In this document: piece by piece, positions 51,320 through 64,000 of the stretch | How the letters are laid out: every line of letters starts with the position of its first letter | Numbering within the stretch: the first letter of the stretch is position 1 | Assembly (NCBI GenBank): GCA_002269645.1 | Contig: NIVC01001523.1 | Span: 186,001 to 250,000 of the forward strand | Reading direction: 5' to 3' | DNA length: 64,000 nucleotides | Origin: Macrostomum lignano | Lineage: Eukaryota | Made by a program: the position numbers and the translations under genes | The notes under the pieces: model-generated | The model's database searches: none | Told to the model about the DNA's origin: nothing | What the model saw: only the letters and a program-made list of their open reading frames with translations

Positions 51320-52850
51320 CGTGAGGTCCGATGTACATTCAGGAGAGAGAGACTATAGTGTGTGTGGGATTGGGTCCGATGTACATTCAGAATAGAGATA
51401 CTATAGTGGGTGCGGGATTGGGTCCGATGTACATTCAGGAGAGAGAGACTATAGTGTGTGTGGGATTGGGTCCGATGTACATTCAGAATAGAGATACTAT
51501 AGTGGGTGCGGGATTGGGTCCGATGTGCATTCAGGAGAGAGAGAGACTATAGTGTGTGTGGGATTGGGTCCGATGTACATTCAGAATAGAGACTATAGTG
51601 TGTGTGGGATATGGTCCGATGTACATTCAGAATAGAGACTATAGTGTGTGTGGGATATGGTCCGATGTACATTCAGAATAGAGACTATAGTGTGTGTGGG
51701 ATTGGGTCCGATGTACATTCAGAATAGAGACTATAGTGGGTGTGGGATTGAGTCTGATGTACATTCAGGATAGAGACATAGTGGGTGTGGGATATGGTCC
51801 GATGTACATTCAGAATAGAGACTATAGTGGGTGTGGGATATGGTCCGATGTACATTCAGAATAGAGACTATAGTGGGTGTGGGATTGGGTCCGATGTACA
51901 TTCAGAATAGAGACTATAGTGGGTGTGGGATTGAGTCTGATGTACATTCAGGATAGAGACATAGTGGGTGTGGGATATGGTCCGATGTACATTCAGAATA
52001 GAGACTATAGTGGGTGTGGGATATGGTCCGATGTACATTCAGAATAGAGACTATAGTGTGTGTGGGATATGGGTCCGATGTACATTCAGAATAAAGACTA
52101 TAGTGGGTGTGGGATATGGGTCCGATGTACATTCAGAATAGAGAGACTATAGTGTGTGGGATTGGGTCCGATGTACATTCAGAATAAAGACTATAGTGTG
52201 TGTGGGATATGGTCCGATGTACATTCAGAATAGAGACTATAGTGGGTGTGGGATATGGTCCGATGTACATTCAGAATAGAGACTATAGTGTGTGTGGGAT
52301 ATGGGTCCGATGTACATTCAGAATAGAGACTATAGTGTGTGTGGGATATGGGTCCGATGTACATTCAGAATAGAGACTATAGTGTGTGTGGGATATGGTC
52401 CGATGTACATTCAGAATAGAGACTATAGTGGGTGTGGGATTGAGTCTGATGTACATTCAGGATAGAGACATAGTGGGTGTGGGATATGGTCCGATGTACA
52501 TTCAGAATAGAGACTATAGTGGGTGTGGGATATGGTCCGATGTACATTCAGAATAGAGACTATAGTGGGTGTGGGATTGAGTCTGATGTACATTCAGGAT
52601 AGAGACATAGTGGGTGTGGGATATGGTCCGATGTACATTCAGAATAGAGACTATAGTGGGTGTGGGATATGGTCCGATGTACATTCAGAATAGAGACTAT
52701 AGTGGGTGTGGGATTGGGTCCGATGTACATTCAGGAAAGAGATCCTATATTGGGTGTGGGCGTCGGATGTGTCCGATGTACTCGTACATTCAGGAGGGAG
52801 ACTATAGTGGATGTGGGATAGGGTCCAATGTACATTCAGAATATGCCTGC
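51320..52850. repeat. 45-48-bp minisatellite (GTCCGATGTACATTCAGAATAGAGACTATAGTG...)
   Basis: Tandem array. Confidence 0.95.
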
Positions 52851-53304
52851 CATTTGAAACAAAAATCAATAAACAGAGCTCAATGTTGGACACTGTTCAT
52901 AATGCTGCGAACAAAAGCGATCGCATAATGGTTGGGCAAAAAAGGTGCGTAGCACGGTATTTAAAATAAATACAGCATGTATATTTTATTTTTCGCTAGG
53001 CTCACAGTTTTATATATAATTGAAAGTGTAAATATGGCATTCAAATTACTTGTGCTAAGAAAAAGGTCGGCAAATGTAGAACGCTATAAAATAGTGGTCA
53101 CAGCAAAAGAGAAAAAAAGTTACTTGGACGTATTGTTTTTTTGTGCAGATAATTTGGTTTACTTTGCTAAGAGGCTTAAGACAGTTACTGACTGGACAAA
53201 AAAAAGCAAATCACTTTGCACTACATTAAAAATTATAAGTTCACTACACTGCTCCCACTTTCTTTGACGCTTAGACACAAACAAATTTGATGCTTAAATC
53301 TTAA

Positions 53305-53590
53305 TACGTTTGACGCTTAGACCTTGACACGTCTGACGCTTAGACCTTGACACGTCTGACGCTTAGACCTTGACACGTCTGACGCTTAGACCTTGACACG
53401 TCTGACGCTTAGACCTTGACACGTCTGACGCTTAGTCTTCACCACATCTAACGCTTAGTCTTCACCACATCTAACGCTTAGCCTTCACCACATCTAACGC
53501 TTAGTCTTCACCACATCTAACGCTTAGTCTTCACCACATCTGACGCTTAGTCTTCACCACATCTGACGCTTAGTCTTCACCATATTAGAT
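53305..53590. repeat. 23-bp minisatellite (CTGACGCTTAGACCTTGACACGT and variant)
   Basis: Tandem array with two unit variants. Confidence 0.9.
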
Positions 53591-53872
53591 GATTAGGTCC
53601 CAAGCACATCTGACACTCGTACAACAACAAAATTCTGGGATTATAATACAGCACATCAGTAATACTGATCCAAAAAAAGCAATGACAAAAATCGCTTCAA
53701 TGTGCAGCAGGCTTTCTGTGTTCAAAACGCGAGTTAACATCGATCGATGCAGAACGCAAAGTTAATAACATTGTTTTTAAATCTGCTGTTTTTAGTCCTG
53801 ATTTTTTATACTTCTGAAAAAGCTTCACGAATTAATTTATGCTAACAAAAGTATCGTTTCAAAAGCATCTAC

Positions 53873-54223
53873 TTAGTCATCAGGATCATATTCGTCTTCG
53901 TCTTGAAAATCTTCATCTCTTAATGGGATTTCGTCTTCGAATTTTGCTGCTCCTTGAGGTTGCTGTTCTTGTTGCTGTTGTTGTTGTTCTTGTTGCTGTT
54001 GGTGTTGTTGCCAAGTCTGCCTGTGAATTCTAGCATGCCTAGTGATCATGTCTCTCCTGCAGGCCGTATAGGAGCACAGCTGGCATCTGTACGGCTTTTC
54101 TCCAGTATGTGTTCGCAGATGCGTGTTCAGATGATCGGACCTGCGATGTCAAATATTTTTAGCCAGATTTGCTTGAAACACGTTAGTTAGTTGGCTAGTT
54201 AGTTAGTTAGTTAGTTAGCTAGC

Positions 54224-54259
<36 letters not shown>

Positions 54260-57200
54260 CAGTTAGTTAAATCAAAATGCGACCGTGCAAAGGAATCGAA
54301 CCAGAGTACGAAATGCATTAACCGCAGGGCTAATCTGCCCCTTGCCACCTTGAAAAAGTAGTATCAACTGTATTGGTATCGAATTTATATAAGCAGTCAA
54401 TTTTTTGGCAACTACGAGCTAAAACCAACTCAGCAGGCGGAACCATTTGTTAGAAAAACACACAGAAGCTTACCAACTCTGACACCGAAATGTCACGCTT
54501 ACTGACACTGATGCCTCCAACGTGCTAGCTTCTAGCTTAGCGCCGGAGTCTGGGCTCAGACTACTGAATCGTCAGTCAGGAAAGACAGGGATGGGATGAG
54601 CAGAATTCCTTCCCTTGGGGGAGTTAGCAGTCCATAATTCTGGCAGTCGTTCTCTCCTCCCATCAGGTCTCTCTGGGACTGACTGGGGCTGCGGCTAAGC
54701 CATGAGTGCACTGTATAGGAGGCTCCAAAGCTTTCAAACCCCTAGATTTCCTAGGCTATCAAGCTAAAGCCTGGCGCACAGACCTCTGCGAAATTGTCTT
54801 TGAGCTGAGACAAAACGGGAACTATAGTAATAAGTGCGCCTCGCGAGTTGGGAAATGGAGAACAGCTCGGAATATCGTCACAAATGGAAATTCGCGCATA
54901 GACAAACAGCTTTTTTTCTAGACATTCAATTTCTATCAGCTTTGTACTTTTATAGTGCACAATTGTCTGCTTGAAAAGTGCATTCTATTGAAATGACAAG
55001 TCATTGTTCAGGGAAAGGCAAATGCACTTTTGTAACGTCACAAGGCTTGTAAAATCGAATCCCGATCTAAGAATAAATCTAACTTTGAATATTTTATGCA
55101 CACCCCGCTCAAAACCTTTTATTCGGGCGGAAATTAAACATCTAAGCTTAATCCCTCTGTAATCTACCTGATGGATGGATTGAAAGCTGATTAAATCCGA
55201 CCGACCCGATTCCTGCTATTCTCCTTGCAAGTCTATTAAAAGCATTCTTTTCAACTTTAAACGTTGTTAGTTAACTTTAAATTTAGTATTGCCTCCTCTA
55301 TTGATGACGATAATTGCAGTTATTATTAATTCGTTCGCGAACTCGTCCATCAGGAAGTGCGTCTATCGATCTATATCTGAATTGCGTGTCTGCATCATCT
55401 ACAAATGGCCAGGGAATTTCTTTGGGTACTCCGTGTTAGGCCTGTAATAGTGCATTAAGCTTAATAAATGCATTGACTTGTATCGTGAATACAACCCACA
55501 TTTTCGAGGGGGGGGGGTTGGGGGTTGTTGTGCAGCTCACAGCCAAGAGGGCCAACCCCAAGGCGCGGAGAGTGTACCTGCTCAACGATTAGAAAGTCAG
55601 GGCGGCTGTACCAGCCTGCGTGAGCGGGTGCATGTGCTCTGAGTTACTGAATCGATTGCTTACCTTGAAAATGCCTGGTTGCACAGAGCGCACTCGTACG
55701 GCTTTGTCCCGGTGTGCACCCGCAGGTGCCTGTTGAGCATGTCGGACCTGTTGAAATACCTGGGACACAGGTGACAGGAAAACTGTCTGGATTCAGCCTG
55801 ACTAACGCTGCAGCTGGCGGTTCCGCCACTACTGGTGGTTGATTCTGTCAGCTGTTGAGTTTCCTTTGCCTCCGATGCAGCGCGCAGAGTTGAAGCCGAT
55901 TGAGAGGCTGAAAAGTGTTTAGCAGAAGAAATTGCTCACTTTGAGCTTGTTCTCTTCACATTTAAAGCTCAATTTAAAGTCTTGGCAAGAAGTTAGGTCC
56001 TTAGCTATAAGCGTAAGCTAATTTAGCCTAAGGATTTGTACCGAAATTTTAGTTGCTCAGCTTTCTGCTTAGTGTACTTTTTCTAGACCGATTAGTTTAA
56101 CTCTACCAGCTTTGTTTCCAGCCAGAAGGAGGTCATAATTACAAAGACAATAGCGGTAAAACGGCCTTAAAAATCCAATGATAATTATGGATAAGATGAC
56201 GCGAGATGCTAGTGGAAAGACCTGGCATCAGGTGTTTCCTCAAAGCACCCTTCAACTGTGGATTGAAGATAGACATACAGCGTAGGCCTGTAGCCTGTAA
56301 TTGCTATTCCCCCTGTACCTCTCGTCTCAGCTGTCACTCTGCTGTTCTGGAACCCTTTGAGAATTTCCTAGGATCGAGGACGGGTAGAGTACTTTTATGA
56401 TACAGGGTCTGCTCCGCTCTTATTGCGCACCGTTCTGCACTCTTCTCTTACAGAAGTGCCTTTTGACCGTTTCCACTTTTTTGGGCAACTCTATCGGACT
56501 CGAGTGATCGATGCTTCCTTGCTTTTCTTCTGCATTGAATCTCCAGGTTAACTATAGGGAAAGTCGGGGTCCGACGCGGTGCTCTCACTGCTCCACTTTA
56601 ATTTGTTTAATTGCGCAGGCATGCATTTACCAGATTAAATGTATGCATTATTGTCTTGGATCAAAGTAAGCCTATGACGCAAATTTGAGTTTCGAAGCTT
56701 ATCGACTAATTGTACTTTTATAATCTGAAAGCTTACTTTCTCTGCGACGTCGAATCGGCTGCTCCATAGGTTCTTCCTTAACTGTTACAGATTGTGACTT
56801 CGTTTCATGCGGATGCGGATGTTGTTGATGCGGATGTTGTTGATGCGGATGTTGTTGATGCGGATGTTGTGAAAGATACTGGTGTTGTGGAGGATGCGGA
56901 TGTTGTGAAGGGAGTGGATGTTGTGACAGATGCGGATGTTGTGGAGGATGCTCATGTTGTGGAGGATGCGGATGTTGTGACGGATGCGGATGTTGTGGAG
57001 GATGCGGATGTTGTGGAGGATGTGGATGTTGTGGAGGATGCTCATGTTGTGAAGGATGCGGATGTTGTGACGGATGCGGATGTTGTGGAGGATGCGGATG
57101 TTGTGGAGGATGTGAAAGTTGTGGAGGATGCGGATATTGCGAATGAGGATGCTTTTGTGGGTGTGGATGCTGGGACGAATGTGGATGCGAACGTGGCGGC

Positions 57201-58777
57201 GGTGGCGGCGGTGGCGGCATCGGCGGAAACACAAAGTGCGGATTCGGGGCAACTGACGTTCTCGGCTCGCTCAGGCATCGGGCAGTCCGGCTCCCAGATG
57301 AGGATTCCCGCATGGGCTGAAACCGATTTATTGAATTTTGCAATCTGCGATTGTCAACTTATGAACTTATTTTGGATTGAATAGGACAAATTGTTCAATT
57401 GCCCGCAGTTCACCTGACGCATGAGCGTTGCAGACCTTGGCTCACATCTCGAACTAGACGACCTAGAACCTGCTGCAGCGGCAGCGGTAGCAGCGGCGGC
57501 TGCAGCAGCGGCGGCCACCCCGTGCGTAGCGGCTAGCGGGCTGACGGCCGAAAGCCCCAGCAGACGGTGCTGGTGAAAGGCGGCGGCACTCCACGGACTC
57601 TGTGGGCTGAAATAGCCGGACGACTGACTGTAAGGCGTCATCGGCGAGAAAGGCGACGACATCGGATCGCTCTCCATGTCTATCGACATCCATCCTGAGC
57701 TAGATGAGGCGCTTCCGTGACGCGTAGCCTGTGAGAAGCTGCCTCCCCGACCACCGGCGCATCGGGAGCGGGTGAGCAGCTCGGCCAGGATGTCCTGCTG
57801 ATGAGTCATCACTTGCTGCTGTCGAGAAGGCGATGGCGTTGGCAAAGATGTCGCTGGAGCTGACAGCTGATGAAGTTGGGACGGCGTCAATTCAGGGACC
57901 GTCAGGAAGGCCTGAGACTGCATCACTCTGCTCGAAGCTGCCGCGACAGATCCCCGGCTAGTGGAATCCCACTCGAGGTCGGAGCTAGTGGACTGCTGCT
58001 GCAACTCTGCGCTTCCTCGTGCCACTGTCCGAAGTCTTCTCCACTATCCGAGGGCGACTTATCACGAAATTGTCGAAAACACGGCGCAGCAAAGGATGCT
58101 CCCGTGCTTGTAGACTGCTGCTGTTGCTGCTGCTTCTGCTGCTCTTGATCCTGCTGCATATAGCGGTCTCGAAGCATCTTTTTAAAGCCCACGGCGCCAC
58201 CTGGTGATGGTTCAGCCTCGGCCGGAGCTGCCGCTGCCCCGGCCGGCACAACGCTGGCTGCAGAGTTTGACGACGAAGACCCCGACCCCGACGAGTTAGA
58301 TGTCGGCGGGGTGCTCCTGCCGCTCTCCTTCGAGTCTCGACTTGCCGTGTTCCGGCGCATCCGCTTTCGATAGATCTCCGCCTTGGAGATGTTCTGCAGG
58401 ATCCGGTTCAGCCGGCTGTGGTCGCCTTGGTCCTCCTCGGCTGAGGCGGGCAGCCGCGGCGCTTGCTGCTGCCCGGCGGACTCCGATACGACGCGCTGCC
58501 AGATGTTCGAGTCACTGCTGGGCAGGCCGCCTCCATCGCCACTGCCGACGCTGACGCCGCCACAAGCTGCGAGCGGTGACACTGGCATGGACTTGCTGCT
58601 GGCTACGTCGTGAGCTATCCGAGTCGCTACCGCCAGCGCTGAAGGTGCCGGTCGCAGTTGCGGCTCGTTCGATTCGCACGGCCGCTTTTGACCGGCTCTG
58701 GGAAACGCCTCAGACAGTTCTGGCAGCTCTGCCGCCTCGTCTGGCTTGTGCCTGGCCTGGCTGGGGCCTGGCTCCAT
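53873..58777 (-). CDS. klu: Klumpfuss-type (EGR/WT1-related) C2H2 zinc-finger transcription factor
   Basis: Exons 58777-57414 (one frameshift near 58.0 kb), 57316-56737, 55907-55664 and 54140-53873. Fingers [50 protein letters not shown] and [17 protein letters not shown] match the Klu pattern. Confidence 0.85.
54183..54270 (-). repeat. (CTAA)n microsatellite (sense strand) in the last klu intron
   Basis: (TTAG)n on the + strand, ending about 42 nt from the acceptor. Confidence 0.95.
55510..55645 (+). mobile_element. Partial SINE related to 5422-5794
   Basis: CCAACCCC AAGGCGC...GTGTAC...AAAGT.AGGGC.GCTGTAC core is shared. Confidence 0.7.
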
Positions 58778-59764
58778 CTGAAACGCACAGGCAGTCAGTT
58801 TTTCAGGGGATTACATGTAGCGGATGTCCCAGAAAAAGGATAAATTTTTAGCGCCAATTTTTAGAGCAGTTTAGCACGTGACCCTGCAGTTCTACAGTAA
58901 ACATCCGCGTCAACCATTGAAGAAGGGACTTAGAGAAGGAACAGGCCTAATGCTGTCAACTGTTTGCGAGTTTTTCTTTGTTACAAACTATACGACCGTA
59001 TTTGCTAGTAAAGTCTATAAATCTTACCGATTTTACCGAGATTTTACCGAGTTTTGGCCAGATAGAATAGAATTGCTACAATGATCCACTTGGCTCGAAT
59101 GCTAAAATCACATTTAGGTTATTTTTGGAACAGATCTCTTAGCCGTCTTTAAAAAAACAAATTGTTTTGACACTCCCGTCCATCCCGTTCCAACCAACGA
59201 TTCATCATTAGGTGGTTCCTGTTTTCTTTTCTTGGCTTCTGACAAGCACTGCTGCTGAGTGTTCTCACGCACTGCCAGGCTACCTGGCAAACAGGGTTGA
59301 GGCTAAAGACAAATGGAAAGATTGGCAAGACAACCAAACACTTTCTTTGAGCCATCCAGAATTGGGGAGGGACGGGCTGGGATGAAAGCAAATGGCGAGA
59401 TAGAGATGGGGCGAGTGCATCTGTTGGGAGCAGAGATGCCTGCGTAGTGAAATTGATTTCAATAGTTACTCTTCACCCCTGCCGCTGGGAATGCGACACA
59501 AAGAGCTCTCGCTCCAGCCTGCACGACTCCGCCTTGTCGACCTTGCGGTTTTGAGGGCAAGTCTATCTGCTCCTGAGCTGCGGGAAGCGAGGAAATTCAA
59601 GCAGACTCAAGGGACCTCCTCTTAGCCCCCGATTCTCGCGACCCCCCCCCCCCAGAGCCTGTCTTTATCTGCATTCCATCTGTTCCATTCAGCGTTGAAA
59701 GCTCGTAAGTGCTTCGTGCACTTATTTATTATTAAGGCCTTGCATTTCCAAGCCAGCTACGAAC

Positions 59765-60020
<256 letters not shown>

Positions 60021-60429
60021 CACTTTAATTTCAAAGTCCATCTTTTTCATTAACTTCAAGAATTGCTAGAAAATCGTTTAGAATCTCTTTAATTGGTTTT
60101 CCGTGTCCCAAATGATTGGAACTGCAGGCACTGTTAAGCCTAAAGAAGCGTGGGAAACTAAGTTGACTGAATACTAAAAACGTGACATTGACAATTTAAG
60201 CATTTTCGCTGACTGATGGAAATGTTTTTAGCAATCTGCACGATCGCTACACTTAGACAGAGTTCGTGCTCGGAATTGATGGACTATGCAGGAAAGCGAA
60301 TCTCTGAGTCCATAATAGCACAAGTGCAGGCTGTACTTCTATTTGATGACTGCTCAGCATTTAGCCCCGACTCATACTGTCGAGTGAGGTGAGGCGAGTG
60401 ATAGAATAGTGAGAGCGAAGGAAAAAGAG

Positions 60430-61085
60430 GAGAGGGAGAAGGTTGGGGAGAAGGGAGGGAAAGAGAGGGAGAAGGGAGGGTGAAAGGAGAGTGAAGGGAG
60501 GGGAGAAGGGAGGGAGAAGGGACGGGAGAAGGGAAGGAGAAGGGACGGGAGAAGGGAGGGAGAAGGGACGGGAGAAGGGAGGGAGAAGGGAGAGAGAAGG
60601 GAGAGAGAATGGAGAAAGAAGGGAATGAAAAGGGAGGGAGAAGGGAGGGAGAAGGGAGGGAGAAGGGAAAGAGAAGGGAGAGAGAAGGGAAAGAGAAGGG
60701 AGAGAGAAGGGAAAGAGAAGGGAGAGAGAAGGGAGTTAGAAGGGAGGGAAAAGGGAGGAAAAGGGAGGGAGAAAGGAGGAAGAAGGGAGGGGAGAAGGGA
60801 GGGAGAAGGGAGGGGAGAAGGGAGGGAGAAGGGACGGGAGATAGGACGGGAGAAGGGAGGGAGAAGGGAGGGAGAAGGGAGGGAAAAGGGACGGAGAAGG
60901 GAGGGGAGAAGGGAAGGAGAAGGGACGGGAGAAGGGAGGGAGAAGGGACGGGAGATGGGACGGGAGAAGGGAGGGAGAAGGGAGGGAGAAGGGAGGGAAA
61001 AGGGACGGAGAAGGGAGGGAGAAGGGAGGGAGAAGGGAGGGAGAAGGGACGGAGAAGGGAGGGAGAAAGGAGGGAGAAGGGAGAC
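60430..61085. repeat. Purine-rich GGGAGAAGGGA repeat
   Basis: Direct observation. Confidence 0.93.
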
Positions 61086-61544
61086 GGCAGGAAGCTTCCG
61101 TGCCAGAGGTATGCCTTGGTCTTATATCAGCAGATCAAGCTAAAGCAAAAAGCAAAAGAGAGCTGCCGCAGAATAGATATGACAAATTATAATAATCTAA
61201 AACAAGACGTGCAGTCAGTGTGGTCGCACCCGAGCAGGACTGCAGTCACCAATCGGGGTCAGAATTTCACGACTTTGGCGAACTATTATTAGTGGTACAA
61301 TCATGAGCACACAGAGCTGTGTAATTCTGCAACAGGGCAACCGGTTCAACAACGGCTCTTAAAATAGGAATTCACTGACTGCACTCTCCCCCGTTCTCTT
61401 CAGCATTTTTCATTGAATATGCTCTAAAAATTTTCGTTCCTTTAACGGCGTTCTTTACTGAAGGCAAAAATTGCAAATGCATGGCCGAGATAGAGGTAGA
61501 GGATTTACAATTGTGCAGTGAACTCGTCACGTGCCTAAAGACTG

Positions 61545-61960
61545 GTATAAGCGCGCACTGGCACTGGCTTAAGCGCGCACTGGCACTGGCATAAGCGCGC
61601 ACTGGCCATAAGCGCGCACTGGCACTAGCATAAGCGCGCGCTGGCACTGGCATAAGCGCGCACTGGCACTGGAATAAGCGCGCACTGGAATAAGAGCGCA
61701 CTGGAATAAGCGCGCACTGGCACAAGCGCGCACTGGCATAAGCGCGCACTGGCATAAGCGCAAACTGGCACAAGCGCGCACTGGCATAAGCGCGCACTGG
61801 CATAAGCGCAAACTGGCACAAGCGCGCACTGGCATAAGCGCGCACTGGCATAAGCGCGCACTGGCACAAGCGCGCAATGACATATGTGTGTACTGACATA
61901 AGCGCGCACTGGCATAAGCGCGCACTGACAATAAGCGCGCACTGGCACAAGCGCGCAGAT
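61545..61960. repeat. 16/22-bp CpG-rich minisatellite (GGCATAAGCGCGCACT)
   Basis: Tandem array. Confidence 0.92.
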
Positions 61961-62594
61961 GAATGGCAGCAGCCAAGGCTACGCGGTGTCAATCGCCCCA
62001 AAACTGTCAATTAATACTTGTATTCAAAAGTGCAAACAGATCTCTGGAAGCGGGACTTACCAGTATTGGGTACTATTAAAGTTGAGTTGACAAAAGATAT
62101 TCGAATTCAAGGCCTCAGATCATGCCTTACTTGCTGTGGCGATCGGGTCAGTCACTGCTTGCCAAGCCCGGGGAAGCTCAGGCATTGGGGATCGCCCTAT
62201 TTATGCTGAGTAGGATCTGGGTACTCGGAGCCGCGCGCCCTTCAGCTGTCTTGCAACCCCCCCCCCTGCCATTGACTAACCAGAGCGCGCTTCCTCCGCC
62301 TTCTCAAGTAGCCCTGCCGTCATTCGCCACAACGGGAATAAGCTGGAGAGAGAGATTAGACAGAGATAGGGGGCAGGGGGACAACGCAGGAAGGCGCCGC
62401 TCAGCCTTTGACGCACTTTGCTGGCCTGGTTTGGATCCCGAAGGTGTCATTGCATCTCTCGGAATTAATCTCTTTATTTCAGTGATGACGCAACACCTGA
62501 CGTGACACGACGCTGCAGTTGTTGCTGAGTGGATAAAGGGAATAAAGTTGGTTTAATAAAAGATTTTTGAGGCAACCACTGCTAGTAGGATTCA

Positions 62595-63330
62595 CGGACG
62601 TCAGGATCATAGCATCTGGAATGGAAACTGCAATTCTCTATGATTCACGGACGTCAGGATCATAGCATCTGGAATGGAAACTGCAATTCTCTATGATTCA
62701 CGGACGTCAGGATCATAGCATCTGGAATGGAAACTACAATTCTCTATGATTCACGGACGTCAGGATCATAGCATCTGGAATGGAAACTGCAATTGTCTAT
62801 GATTCACGGACATCAGGATCATAGCATCTGGAATGGAAACTGCAATTGTCTATGATTCACGGACATCAGGATCATAGCATCTGGAATGGAAACTGCAATT
62901 GTCTATGATTCACGGATGTCAAGATCATAGCATCTGGAATGGAAACTGCAATTCTCTATGATTCACGGATGTCAGGATCATAGCATCTGGAATGGAAACT
63001 GCAATTCTCTATGATTCACGGATGTCAGGATCATAGCATCTGGAACGAAAACTGCAATTCTCTATGATTCACGGACGTCAGGATCATAGCATCTGGAACG
63101 AAAACTGCAATTCTCTATGATTCACGGATGTCAGGATCATAGCATCTGGAATGGAAACTGCAATTCTCTATGATTCACGGATGTCAGGATCATAGCATCT
63201 GGAACGAAAACTACAATTCTCTATGATTCACGGACGTCAGGATCATAGCATCTGGAATGGAAACTGCAATTCTCTATGATTCACGGACGTCAGAATCGTA
63301 GCATCTGGAGTGTACACTGTTCTATGATTC
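62595..63330. repeat. 53-bp minisatellite (TGATTCACGGACGTCAGGATCATAGCATCTGGAATGGAAACTGCAATTCTCTA)
   Basis: Tandem array of about 13 copies. Confidence 0.95.
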
Positions 63331-64000
63331 ATGGACTTCTGAATGTAGCAATTGGAGTTTAAAAAGTATTTTAGCGTTGCCATAAAAGTTGAATCGACGC
63401 TAGATGTACTTTTAAAGCCCTTGAAGGTTGTCTTTGTCCTAATATCACAGCTATAGCTTTCGTAGTAACGACTGGCTGTTTTTAACAGACCCATAATTCC
63501 ATACACCACATGTGCATCAAAGAGTCATCAAAATGAATCAGCTCTGTATAATTGATAAATCTTGTTCAGAAAAATCTTAGCCGTGAATGTGATTTTGTTT
63601 GGCTGCAGCTCTTTGAGGGTGGAGTCTGTTTGAATTTCTGAACAAAGATTCATTGCTCGTTCACAGCTGGTACCACCTGTTCAAAGTCGTTCTCTCTCGA
63701 CCTTATCCTTCGTTTGGTAATTATCCATTTTTTAATGCCATCCAGTCCTTTGTGGGCCGGGCTGCCTCCATTGATAATATTTCCGATTTTAAAACGAATG
63801 ACGCACGGAAGTCTGCACTGCTCTCAGGCTGCTCATAAAGCTTGTTTAAAGTGCGCGGGCGAATAGCGGCTCTGAGATTACAAAATAAGCTGTTTTCATG
63901 AGTCTCTAAATCGATGCTATGGGCTGATTTGTCAATTTAACGTCTCAATACAGATGTACAGACGGATTAATATCCCAAGGTTGCCGTGGTGTTAGCAGCC

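Noticed and set aside
56794-57384. 196-aa Asp/Val-rich ORF on the + strand
   Set aside because: Antisense shadow of the klu His-Pro repeat exon.
57790-57812. CTGATGAG hammerhead-ribozyme core
   Set aside because: Lies antisense within klu coding sequence, with no matching GAAA and stems.
60443-61292. Arg/Glu/Gly-rich ORFs
   Set aside because: Low-complexity purine repeat.

Overview
AT-rich animal genomic DNA with short GT-AG introns and very dense minisatellites and transposon debris. The style suggests a free-living flatworm such as Macrostomum, but that is inference and was not tested. Three well-supported spliced genes are present: a nuclear receptor of the E78 (NR1E1 / E75-Rev-erb group) on +, Rab8 on +, and a klumpfuss-type C2H2 zinc-finger gene on -. 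There is also a partial PH-domain gene and three damaged PAN/Apple plus C-type-lectin paralogues. Mobile DNA includes a complete tRNA-derived SINE with a 12-bp TSD, LINE fragments (APE endonuclease, RTE-type RT, zinc-knuckle 3' end), a P-like TIR element, a P/THAP9 transposase relic, a MULE-like element carrying a PHD finger, and several MITEs. The two most striking observations are these. (1) A spliced gene at about 36.97-38.25 kb whose last exon looks like a bacterial RelE/YafQ-type ribosome-dependent mRNA nuclease, with no antitoxin nearby; this rests on visual motif and topology matching only. (2) A 9.1-kb head-to-tail trimer of non-autonomous Helitrons in the first E78 intron, delimited to the base by an empty paralogous site in the same window. 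Each unit shares a scaffold with a tRNA-like Pol III cassette but has amplified a different satellite. No CRISPR arrays, rRNA or intact tRNA genes were seen.
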